Of a DNA stretch of 64,000 nt, positions 26,827 to 38,557 are shown in pieces. The number at the start of each line of letters is the position of its first letter. The first letter of the stretch is position 1. The DNA is from Heptranchias perlo (Eukaryota): contig NC_090352.1 of NCBI RefSeq assembly GCF_035084215.1, positions 30,690,001-30,754,000 on the forward strand, given 5' to 3'. The translations under genes were made by a program, and so were the position numbers. Below the pieces are notes generated by a model. It made no database searches, was not told the DNA's origin, and saw only the letters and a program-made list of their open reading frames with translations.

Positions 26827-26956
26827 NNNNNNNNNNNNNNNNNNNNNNNNNNNNNNNNNNNNNNNNNNNNNNNNNNNNNNNNNNNNNNNNNNNNNNNNNN
26901 NNNNNNNNNNNNNNNNNNNNNNNNNNNNNNNNNNNNNNNNNNNNNNNNNNNNNNNN
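26827..26956. other. Assembly gap (130 N)
   Basis: Run of N inside NLR intron 4. Confidence 1.
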
Positions 26957-28019
26957 AGAGGAGAAGGAGAAAAAGAGAGGGAAAGAAAGAGAAAGAGGGG
27001 GAGAGAGAGAGTCAGTCCCCCAAGTCCATTTCCATGCTTTTCCTGGCCATATGTTAGAAAGGGGAGGGAAAAAATTGAAACTAAATAAATAACTTAAAAA
27101 TTGCAAAATGGGCGAACTGAGAGCACGAGATGATGAATAAAATAACACGTTCATGGAGCAAAGACTTGGGTGATTATGTTCTTCCATTCTTGGGATAAGC
27201 AGCAAACTGTCAACAAAGTGCTTGATGGCAAGAGGGTGCGATCAGCACATGTGAAGAGCCATAGTGGCGACTCCATGATCTGGACAGAATGGATTGACGG
27301 AAAACCATGGGCCCGCAGCAACGCCTCACGCCCACAGTTTTCCGAGAGGTGCTCCCTGTGAGTACCGCTCCCTGCTGGGAACGATAGCTCATGGAATCAC
27401 CTACATGTCTGAAAACACTGCAGCTCTCGGCAACAGAAGCAATGAACACCGAGCACTGTTTAAATGAGACCTACTCTGCCAGCTCACTCAAGAATTCATG
27501 GTTATTTTATTTTGTTGTCCTTGAGGCCATTCACAGCTGTCCTTTGTTTCAATTGACTAAGGCCTCAATAGTCTGCTTGACATTCCTCTGTCCATGAATT
27601 TAGCAGCGGTGCGAACCCATTTATAATAAACAGTTTATAATAAACAAAATCTGCATTAAAGCTGCGGACAGAAGGACATCACGTGAATGCATTCAGCACT
27701 TGGCTGCCAATCTCAGCAGCAGTAAATCCCAGAGCTCATGTCTCCTTCAGGCATAAAGGTGGGGAGTTCAGTGTCTTCAATTTAACCATTGGCGCTTATA
27801 CGTCCTGCTTGATATTCAGTGCCATTGAAGTTAATGGCATGGAGTATTGGACAGGATCTATTACAAGCGCCAGAAACCCGTTTTACGTCCTCGCCCAAGT
27901 CGAATTTTACTGCTTTGGTGTCGTAGTAGATTAACATATACAGCACCACATGCAGCCTCACACAATCTGAAGTAATTTAAATGATCCCTGGCTTTTAAGT
28001 TCTTCTTTGTCGTTAACAG

Positions 28020-28103
28020 GTTGGCAGAGAATATGATTGAAGATGAAGGTGCCTTTTCTTTATCCAAAGCATTAATGTCCAATATAGTTCTTAAACAACT
28101 CAA
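28020..28103 (+). CDS. NLR exon 5: 28-aa LRR
   Basis: ctttgtcgttaacag| and |gtaagt, 84 nt, phase 2-2. LAENMIEDEGAFSLSKALMSNIVLKQL. Confidence 0.92.
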
Positions 28104-28763
28104 GTAAGTGATTGATAAACCTTTCCTCCAGCCACACTCTGTGTGCAGGTTTCCTGCTCTTGATGCTGTATTTATGGGTGATGCTCAATGTGGTGGAGAG
28201 CTTTGAGAACCATAGGTCCAAGGTCACCTGTTCCTTCCAAGCTACACTCACCAGGTCATGTCTCAAATTACTCATATACTGTATCCCAAAATGCAACCCT
28301 CATCCCACCCCACCCCCCCCCCCAAGTTCCTGGTCCGTGACTGATTGGGTTCTGTCGGGTGAAGTGCTCCTATGTTGGGAATAATCTACCAAGATAAATC
28401 ATTGGAGTTGTTCAAAGTACAATTAGATGCCATAATGGCAGAGTTAATGTACTAGAAGGGTGAGCTTCAATGGCCTTGTCCCAAGCCTGATATTACACCC
28501 TCTCAGGAAGGCCGGTAAAAATCACAAGAGTGAACCACCTGAAGCTGCTCTCACTTGCCCCCTAGAGGCTGGCCACAGAAGGGCATCAACGGAGGTTTGT
28601 TGGGAATGGATCACGAGTTAAAAGGATAAAGATAAAGAAAAAAAAATAGAAAAACAAACATATGTAGATCATGGAAATGTTCAATTAGATAATTTTGCTC
28701 TGAGTAATGACATCCTTCGACAGGCTGCAATAATGAAATCTGAATGATATCTTTCTTTGTTAG

Positions 28764-28851
28764 TTTGTACAACAACCACTTTGGGCCTCTGGGGACAGAA
28801 GAAATGATGAAAGTGAAGAGAAAGAAGCTGGATATGATCATCGTGACATGA
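28764..28851 (+). CDS. NLR terminal coding exon
   Basis: ctttctttgttag|, phase 2. (N)LYNNHFGPLGTEEMMKVKRKKLDMIIVT* continues the LxLxxNx(F)GxxG pattern. TGA at 28849-28851. Confidence 0.82.
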
Positions 28852-28917
28852 AGCTGATCTCAATTTAACCGCATTCACAGCATACGCCAATGAAGACATT
28901 AAGACAAATTATTAATA

Positions 28918-29277
28918 TGTGGTTATATTACTGAACTAGTAACCCAGAGGCCTGGACTAATAACCCAGAGAATGTGAGTTCAATTTTTAAAATCTGAAAT
29001 AAAAGGCTGGTATCAATAACAGATTGTCGTAAAAACCCAACTGATTCATTAATGTGCTTTAGTGAAGGAAACCTGCCATCCTTACCCAGTCGGGCCTATA
29101 TGTGACTCCAGTCCCACACCAACGTGGTTAACTCTTAATTGCCCTCTGAAGTGGCCTAAGCAAGCCACTCGGTCGTATCAGAAGAAGGCCCACCATCATC
29201 TTCTCAAGGGCAACCAGGGATGGGAAATAAATACCAGCCTTGTCAATGAGACCCGCATCCTGAGAATGAAAAAAATA
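28918..29277 (+). mobile_element. tRNA-headed SINE whose 3' tail matches the LINE at 29815 and 51225
   Basis: Head gtggttatattactgaactagtaacccagagg...gagttcaa. Tail aagaaggcccaccatcatcttctcaagggcaaccagggatgggaaataaa. Confidence 0.7.
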
Positions 29278-29478
29278 TGAAAAGTGATACAAATACATCT
29301 TAACAGAGGTGTGCTGTATCCAGAATCAATCACTCAAAGTTCTACCTATGTACAATGCTCACTGCACCGTGGAACTCTCTCTCAACCTAGAGATTTGGTA
29401 TCTTAGTTTTTATTTTTGAATACATTTCCGAGGAATTCCTTAGGGCTTTAGTTTGATCTTTTCAAAGAAAAGGTGGTT

Positions 29479-29640
29479 GGGGGGAGGACGGGGGAGGGAG
29501 GGGAGGACGGGGGAGGGAGGGGAGGACGGGGGAGGGAGGGGAGGACGGGGGGGGGGGGGGGGGGGGAGGACGGGGGAGGGAGGGGAGGACGGGGGAGGGA
29601 GGGGAGGACGGGGGAGGGAGGGGAGGACGGGGGAGGGGGG
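29479..29640. repeat. G-rich 19-bp repeat (ggggaggacgggggaggga)
   Basis: About 8 units, purine-rich strand, G4-prone. Confidence 0.92.
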
Positions 29641-29811
29641 CGCGGAAAAGCCAAATGCTGAATGGGAAAAAAAATCTACTTACACAGTTCAAACGGGGGT
29701 TTAGTGCAGGAGCTCATTCCCAATGTGTTCCTTGTGTGTGCAAGTGTGAAAACTTTTACACTAAAGTCTAGAAATGACTGTTGGCGATATTAACAGATGA
29801 ACATTTAATGC

Positions 29812-30248
29812 CCGCTTGATTGGCACCCCATCCACCACACTAAACATTCACTCCCCTCACCACTGGCGCACTGTGGCTGCAGTGTGTACCATCCACAGGA
29901 TGCACTGCAGCAACTCGCCAAGGCTTCTTCGACAGCACCTCCCAAACCCGCGACCTCTACCACCTAGAAGGACAAGAGCAGCAGGCACATGGGAACAACA
30001 CCACCTGCACGTTCCCCTCCAAGTCACACACCATCGCGACTTGGAAATATATCGCCGTTCCTTCATCGTCGCTGGGTCAAAATCCTGGAACTCCCTTCCT
30101 AACAGCACTGTGGGAGAACCTTCACCACACGGACTGCAGCGGTTCAAGAAGGCGGCTCACCACCACCTTCTCAAGGGCAATTAGGGATGGGCAATAAATG
30201 CCGGCCTCCCAGCGACGCCCACATTCCATGAACGAATAAAAAAAATAA
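29812..30248 (+). mobile_element. Non-LTR retrotransposon 3' end (second LINE family)
   Basis: Nearly identical to the reverse complement of 51222-51655. A-rich end. Further copies at about 26490-26785 (+) and 36510-36790 (-). Confidence 0.88.
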
Positions 30249-33200
30249 GACATTCCCCTGACTGCTATTTTAATGGAGTTGTTAACCTGGTTAAAAAGAA
30301 TGCAGTCGGTGCCTGTGTTGAAATAGTGGACAGAGAAACATTGTACGAACATTGAGTGTCCGTCCCTAACATGACAGATTCCTGGGTTTAGGACTCCATA
30401 ACTTTGGAAGGCAAGGGAAGGAAGAGAAAGTGCAGATTACTGGGAAGCCAGAAAAAGCATTTGCGGTTCAAATCCCGGTAAAATAAATAGAAAATCCTGG
30501 TTTTTATTGGGGGATAATGGGAGGCCAAGAAAGGACAGAAATCAGAACCAAACAAATGGTAAGATTTACAATTCCTAATCTGAGCTTGGAGAGGTAACCT
30601 CTTACCAGATCTCTGCCACTCTTGACCTATCACCTCAGCGGGTCACACCTATAACATGCCAGGGTAACTTGGCTTTCAGTTTACCCTCTCTCTGGCCCAC
30701 CTCCGTCTTTCCTCAAACAATGACGATGAACAACTACAGATGTGGCAAAAAGAACAGTCACTAATTGTGTGGTAGATTAGAAACATGGGTACCACCGCTC
30801 TATATTCATTTTTTTTTCTGTTGCTGACCCTTGTTAACATTGATGATGAACACACACCAAGTGACATCTAAAAGATTGCGTGAGCTGCACAACATTCAGG
30901 CCTCCACCGGGATCAGGTGCCAATTTTCTCCATCAGACCCGTGTTCCTGACCTATCACTTTGATGGCTAATTTACATTGCAGCATCTTTCAAAGCATGAG
31001 GCACGAGAAAACACAATCAAAAATACCGTTCACTCTCTGCTGCTTTGCTCCCATGCTATCGTATTTGATTTGAAAAAAGATCAATTGAAATTCGGAACAA
31101 ATAGCTTTATAAAAGGGAACGGACAGGCAAACCCCATTCAACCATTCTCTGAGCATGAAGGGTTCAGGGGCTGGTTACTTTCATGGCTCGAGCTACAAAC
31201 TGCCTTATTATGTAATGGGTAGTACATTTGTAAGCTCTACAGAGTCACGGAAGTTCATTGTGTATTAGATTATTGAAACGATTAAATGGAACTCAGCAAA
31301 TACGTTCTTCAACTTCACCTTGAGGCAGTTTCTGAAATGCTGCTAGTAGGAAATTGGAATGGATGTAGGAATGTGGAGCGAACACTTTCCTCCATTATCC
31401 CTTCATTCAGTTCAAATCATTGTCACAAGGTTGATATGGATGAGGAAGAGCTTTAGGCTCATCCCGGCTCCTCCATCCAGTCCTCCCAACACAGCTTCCG
31501 GCTATCTCTTAAACCATTCCAGAGTTTTTTTCCTCCTTTATCCTACCTCATGGAGCGAGCTTTTGGCTTAATGGTAGCATTCCCGCCTCTGATCCAGAAG
31601 GTGCAGGGCTCGTACCCCGCTCCAGACAGTCCCAGCTCCAAATCCTGGGTTGCCATCCAGCAGGGATACCCGCTCCCCTCCACTTCATCGCCTGGGTGGT
31701 GGGAGCCCAGAAAAAAACCCTCCTACCATATAGGACTAACAGCCCTAACGTCTGGAATGAGGGTTACGGCCATGGAAGGAGCATTCATATCAAGGCCTGT
31801 CAGACCGTTAATCAGTCTGCGAATCCTTCCACTACTTCACACTGTTCCAATGGAAGAGCGTGAAGATAAGAAAAAACAAAAACCCTACCTCATAAGTTGA
31901 TCACTATTTCTACAGCAGTTCTAAATTTGAAATCTAATTTGAATTTTACTTGTTTGAGCCTGTGGACCCTTGTCCTACTGATACGGTTTAATTTTAAGGA
32001 GTTGTTTTGCATTTAACGTTTCGGTACCATTTACTATCTTAAATATCTCGAAAAGGTCATCACTATTCAAGGCCGAAAGACACAAGATTCTTTATCTTTC
32101 CTTCTAACTTTGTCTTCTGATGTTAAGGATCAGTTTTGTTGTGTAAGTGAAACTCATATCTTAACCTTTATCCTGCTCATTAGGCTCTAATCCTGGGCTA
32201 CACAGGACAGACAGTGACTTGGGGTTTAAACCCAAATAAACAAAACTCTACAAAGTAGGAGGATGCAGTTCATGACAACAAAGGCAAAAGTCTTGAATAC
32301 AAGAGTGATTTATTGATCATAAATTTGTACCGGAAAAATAAGTGGACAGGGAATTGGACAATGGGTCAGAATCAAACAATTCTTCTTCTTTTGAAAACTG
32401 GATTTGATTCCAGCCCGTGATGAGATGAAAGTCTTTTCTATCCAACACCCCTAAGGGTGTGAAATGTCTTTGTTTGAACCCAGATTCTAGTTGGAACAAA
32501 TCCATCGCACAAAACTGCAAGTAATTCTGTGCAAAGTGGCACTAAATTAGTAAACTGACTCAGAAAGGACACGAAGGCAACTTGTCCGGGAGCCAGAAAA
32601 ATTCATACTAGTGCAGTACGGGGCGCTGATGTTAAGATATTTTAGAATTGCTGGTAAATGTATTCGAACAGAATGCGTCCGCAATTTCACTGCACATACC
32701 GACCAGAACAAATCTCTTCCCCCTCGGCCCACTTTCATTGAGTAAAATGCATTGTTGGGGAAGTTCAGGAGGATGTCCACTCTGAACTTATCCCAATGAG
32801 GTGCTCAAAGCCGCCACAGCTTGCAGAAGTGGAGAAATGTCCTATTCCGTGGGACTGAATTCCTCTGATGAGCACAAAATTCGCCCAAAATGCTACAGAA
32901 TAAAGAGTGTTTCTGTTCTTGTTTCACTGGGTGTAAAATAAATATGTTAACTCAGTTTGCTACATTCATTTATTTTCTGCTTATGCCGACCCTTGTTAAT
33001 ATTGATGATGCATTCACATCAAGTGACATCGAGGGGATTATGTGAGCTGCACAACATTCAGTCTTTCACCAAGACCAGACACCAATTTTCTTCATTGGAC
33101 CCGTATTCCTGGCCTATCACTTTGATGGCTAATTTAACTCTTATCACCAAACGCCAGTCTACCCCAGGATAACAGTAAACTACTGAAATATCGTTTTCTG

Positions 33201-35896
33201 GCAATCGGGAGAAAGGTCAAAAACTCCACACTCCCCCTAAGTTAAATCTGGAAGTCTGACATTGAGAATTTACAGGTCCTGCAAAAAAAAGACCAAGGAG
33301 CTCTCAGTAAAGCAGAAAGTTATTTCCAGTCCTATGCAGTGAAAGGGCTGCCCATCAGAGGGCGCCATGCATTCAATTACCAATAGTGAAAATCTCCTGT
33401 CCAAGGTGCTGAAACTTTAAACTCGCAGCTTTTGCTGAAGGTTTCTTGGATTTTTACTGTTACAATTTTGTAAAATTCATTGTTTAATTACAGAGGGAAA
33501 ACCAGACAGAATTCTCATCCAAAATTGCTCCCCTGCTGGAAGTGGGCCGATGTGGATATTGGGTTGGGGCAATATTGGGCTCGGCTAAAATGATCCTCAT
33601 CCCCCACCTGCCCGCCCCTCCTCTCCAATGGATAGGCTGCCAATGTTCACTGTCCAGGCTCAGAAATGAAGAATGATCGCTGGAGGGAGCTCGAAGAACT
33701 TCACCCCACAGGAGTCAGCACCTTCAGCAGAGGAGAAAGGAGAGACAAAACTAACAGTTTGTATCGTAACGGTCGAGGCACCTTGATTGCAGGAAGGCTG
33801 CAGACCTCCTGTAAAGCACAATCAATGCCAATAAAATGGAGAGAAGAAATAAAACATTAAAAACATAAGGATTATATGGAGTTATGGACAATACAAGGAA
33901 CTGGGAAAGAAAGGAAAGACGGTTACATGTAAAAAGCAAATGATGGATTACAAAATATAAAATAACCAATAAACTAGAAATGCAAGTTGTGCTGCACATT
34001 ATGCAAAGAGAAAAAGTTATTTGTCTCTTCTGGTGAATTTCTCACTCAGTGAGGAGTGTCAGCATTAGGGAATGGAATATTTTATCTTTCAATTTTGACA
34101 CCAGGATACCCAGCCTCTGACCTGCTCTCGAGTGACCTTAATGATCAAACGGAATTGGAAATGTTGCCTTTTTATTTATGTACTTGCTGCTCTTCTGTGG
34201 CACTGTGCATAGGCAGTCTGAGGTCTGCGGGATAGTTGTGATGTTTTGCTGCTAAGATAGAGCTACGTTCAACCTGGCCTGCCCCTTTAAGGGACAGGCT
34301 ACCCCTTGTAGGAACTAATCTAAATAGACACACCCTATCTATAAGAGGCTAACCGTTGAGGGAAGGTTCTATAACTTGGCAGCTATTTGTAAACCTCTAG
34401 GCTTCTGTCCTTAGGGAGAAGCCAGGTGATCAGGGTCAGAACAACTGACAAGAATTGACTGGCTTTCCTTCTTTGCTTATACTTTTAACACTTTGACGTG
34501 CGATGCCTGAAGTGTGTTGGATGCATGCGAGATCCAACACTTTTATATATAGAAATATTTCTTATCACCCCATTGATTTTAATTCAGTTAATTTTCTCTT
34601 TCTCCCCTCATAAATTCCATCCCCTGGCATGCACCATTTGTGCAGCAATAGCGGAAGTGGGTAACCTAACCCCTGACCTTTGCCACTGACTGGAAGTGTG
34701 CGACTGCAGCACAACTTGAGATGCTCCCCTCGTTCTCTCAGAAAATGGTCCTTCCCTCCTCAGTCAGCTCTTGCTGAGATTAGGAATTCACCATTTGAGA
34801 TATTTCAGGGGAAGGGCTGGTGTCTTATCACTCAGAAGCCCAGTACGCTAATGTCCTGTCACTGTAGGCCACATTCATATATTCTTACCTTTCAATAGCA
34901 CAAATTAAAGATGTACATACAGTTCAGTTTATGCCAAACTCACTAGAAGAGGGCTTTCCATTATTCATTTACTTTGCCCTTGCCTCAGTTAAAAGGTGAA
35001 AGTTGATTTGGTGTCCGTCTACCATTTAGGGGCTGTGTAAACAAATATTGCCGTCTCTTCTCATCCTTGCTGCTCTGGAACCTGCTTACTCATTGTTCAA
35101 CCATTCCTTTAAATTCCATATATAGTCACCAAAAACAAGCTAAGGCTCCAATCCCTGGCATAAAAACACTAAAGTGCTGAGAAAAACATATCTGATATTG
35201 AGTATATTGACCTGAATAGCAATCTGCTGTGCTTATGTAAAATACACCCAAATATAGTTCATCCATGTGCAACAGCAGCCTAGGAATAGCCTATGGAAGA
35301 ATATGCCACTACAACTAATTGATGCATGGCTTTGGGTTAGTGCCATACACTCAATATTCGTTTGGCACATCACATGGAGGGAAAGGTAGCCATGAAAACT
35401 GTGTAATTACTGCCAGGGATCTCCCCTGGTGTCTCAGTGAGTAAATGCACGGCGTGCTGCAGTACTGAGAGGTTTGATCCCCGGTCATATGGACACTGGC
35501 TGGAGAGGATTGACCTTGGGTGTGATGGTGCCCGCTGTTAAATGGCTGCCGACTTTCTCTGCCAAGTCTCACACAAGAACGGGAACTTGGCAGACCCCCG
35601 AATGGCAGCACTTTCACAAGAAAAGGGGAGAAAATTGGGGGTGAGGGGGGTGGAGTATTGCTCCTGGGGATCACTCCAATTTCAAGAGGTGTATCATAGA
35701 TTTCCCCCCCCCCCAACATTGACAGTTGACTTGACCAGTAGGAAAAAAAAAATCAATTTAAACAGACTTGAGTATCTGTCACAGGAGGCTGGGGAAGGGG
35801 ATAGAAATTGAGCCAAAACTCAATTCCAGTCCTTACCACAACCCCAGTGTAAGGTCTTCTACAAAGTACACTAATGTATTTCTTCTAATGTCTTTA

Positions 35897-36273
35897 GAAG
35901 AAGGTGCATTCATATAGCGCCTTTCACAAAGTCAGGTCATCCCAAAGTGCTTCGTAATGTGGGAAATGCCAATTTGCGCACAGCAAGATCCCACAAACAG
36001 CAATGTGATAATGACCTGGCGATTTGTTTTCGTGATGTTGGTTGAGGGATAAATATTGGCCAGGATGCCGGGGGGAACTCCCCTGCTCTTGTTTGAAATG
36101 GTGCCATAGGATCTTTTACATCCACCTGAGAGGGCAGACGGGACCTCGGCTTCACGTCTCATCCGAAAGACGACACCTCCAACGGTGCAGCACTCTTGTG
36201 TCAGCCTAGATTTTTGCGCTCAAGTCCCTGGAGTGGGACTTGCACCTACAACCTGCTGACTCAGAGGCGAGAG
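35897..36273 (-). mobile_element. Deu-domain SINE
   Basis: Reverse complement of the 4638 family. Confidence 0.85.
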
Positions 36274-36929
36274 CTGAGATTCTACGATTCATAAGTGACC
36301 ACAAGCACCAAGGAGTCAAACTGTCCATTACACGTGAGGATTACAACTAAAATTGTGTATAGCATTCTACTACATTAAAAAAAACTTAGCTCACAGGAAA
36401 CATTTTTACCACATTCAAAACCCATCAACTTTGAGGCTAGAAATGACAATAGTCACCTAGAGGACTACCCTTCCATTTCCTGGTGTGAACGCAGGGGCTG
36501 CTTTTTAAAATTCATTCTCGGGGTATGGGCGTCATTAGCGAGGCCGGCATTTATTGCCCATCCCTAATTGCCCTTGAGAAGGTGGTGGTGAGCCGCCTTC
36601 TTGAACCGCTGCAGTCCGTGTGGTGAAGGTTCTCCCGCAGTGCTGTTGGGGAGGGAGTTCCAGGATTTTGACCCAGCGACCACGAAGGAAAGGCGATACA
36701 TGCCTTACTCGGGATGGGGTGTGACTTGGAGATGATGGTGTTCCCATGCACCTGCTGCCCTTGTCCTTCTAGGTGGTGGAGATCATGGGTTTGCACTAAC
36801 AAGGCTGCAGGCTGCAATCTTGTTCATGCAAACATCAAATGGAAACTGATGGCTTTTTTTTTTCAGGACAACTATGGTTCAGAGGGTGACATCAGCACTA
36901 ATGCATCCCTCCCCCTCCTTTTCAGGGAG

Positions 36930-37277
36930 CTGCCCTGATCTTCCGGTCACGTTGGACCGTGTTTACGGCGGTGGATCAGCTGTTCCGCCGAGTGACGGGC
37001 GCTCCGTCCTTCAATCCACAACTTGGCAGCGGGGGCAGGACGGGCTGGGATCGCGGTCCCCTCTCAGCGATGCTCGGGTCCGGGGGAGCTGGGCGGTGAG
37101 CGGCTGGTGTGGGAGATTTGTGCAGCGATGTTAATACATTTCTAAATCCGATATCCCCCCCACCCCCTCCTTGTGTAGCAGCCCGTCCCTGGGCTGGTGT
37201 CTTTGTTCCTGGCTCCTGAACGCCCCTAGTAATTCCCACAGTTCATAGACTGGGAGCTGCTTGTTTATCTGGTGAGT
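36930..37277 (+). promoter_or_regulatory. CpG-rich probable promoter / non-coding first exon of the CCDC92B-like gene
   Basis: Local CpG/GC enrichment ending in the strong donor ctg|gtgagt at 37272, 9.4 kb upstream of the coding exon. Linkage to that exon is inferred. Confidence 0.45.
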
Positions 37278-37819
37278 ACAGGTTGTTTATTTCAAATCAC
37301 TTTCAACTCATTTAAAAATGTTTCATTTCCAGCTCTACTTTGGTTACAGAAACTAATAGATTTTTTAAAAAAAAAATTTAAGGTTTGCATCTTTAATTGT
37401 TTAAGATCCTTTTTTTTAAAAAAAAAAGTCTGGTTACTATGCAGCCTGTGTTCTTTTGGTTTTAAGAGTAAAATAAAAGTCTGATCTGGGCCGCACTGTG
37501 ATGTTCTTATCTGCCTGTGTTTGTTTACAATGGCTCCAGCCTTCATCAAAAGAAACGCGAGAACCGTGAGTCCTGTTAGGATGTGACAGAGAGGCTCTGT
37601 TCGCACTTGCAGTTCACCGATAGGAATCGACTTGCTCTGTCGGTGGGCGGCCGGGGAGGGTCGAGTCTGTCCCCTAACCCCTGCCCCTTTCCCTCTCTCC
37701 CTCCGTCCCCTCTATTCAGTCACATTTTGCCTCTTTGGAATTGTAAACAAATCAGGTCATGTTAATGTTCATCATGCTGCATGTCCTTGTCCGGTGGGTG
37801 AAGGTGGATTCGATTATAA

Positions 37820-38557
37820 AAAAAAAATTACATTTATATAGCGCCTTTCAGCAGCTCAGGATGACTCAAAGCACCTAATAGCCAATGAAGTATTTTTGAA
37901 GTGTGGTCACTGTTGTAATATGGGCAATGGGCAGCCAATCTGCACACAGCAAGATCCCATAAACAGCAATGAGGTAATGACCCGATGATGTGTTTTTAGT
38001 GACGTTGGTTGCGGGATAAATACTGGCCAGGACCGGGGAGAACTCCCCCGCTCTTCTTCGAATCGTGCCATGGGATTTTTTACGTCCACCTGAGAGGGCA
38101 GACGGGGCCTCGGTTATATTCCTAACAAGCAGAATGTTGTAGTTTCCTCTTCGGGTGTGGTATAATCTGTGATTTCATTTACTGGGAGCCTGGCTCAGTT
38201 TGGGTCAATGCAACAAGGCTAGCAAAATATTCATCATGTCTTCCAACAAGCAACCAGTCTTGGTCCTGTCACCCACTAACATCATTTTGGAGAACATGCA
38301 CAGTGATAAATAAAACAGACTCCTGTACAGCAAGGCTAAATTAAGTGTAATCGTGGGCCTGGGGTATTCATTCACCTTTACCAACTCTTCCTCAATACCA
38401 ACTTGGCGATCCAAACTGGACCACCGCCAACAATATAACACTTCCTCAGTACTGCACTGAAGTGTTAGCCTAGATTATGTGCTCACCTCTGTAGTGGGGC
38501 TTGAACTCATAACCTTCAGACTCAGAGGCAAGAGTGCTACCAATTAAGCCAAGTTGA
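37820..38557 (-). mobile_element. Deu-domain SINE split by about 300 bp of other sequence
   Basis: 3' part at 37820-38115, 5' part at about 38420-38557. Confidence 0.7.

Noticed and set aside
26727-27205. ORFs spanning the N run
   Set aside because: Gap artefacts.
14160-28851. Naming the NLR NOD1, NOD2 or NLRC3
   Set aside because: Single CARD but divergent NACHT and few LRRs; orthology cannot be shown without phylogeny.
29448-29704. Pro-rich and Gly-rich ORFs
   Set aside because: Translations of the G-rich repeat.
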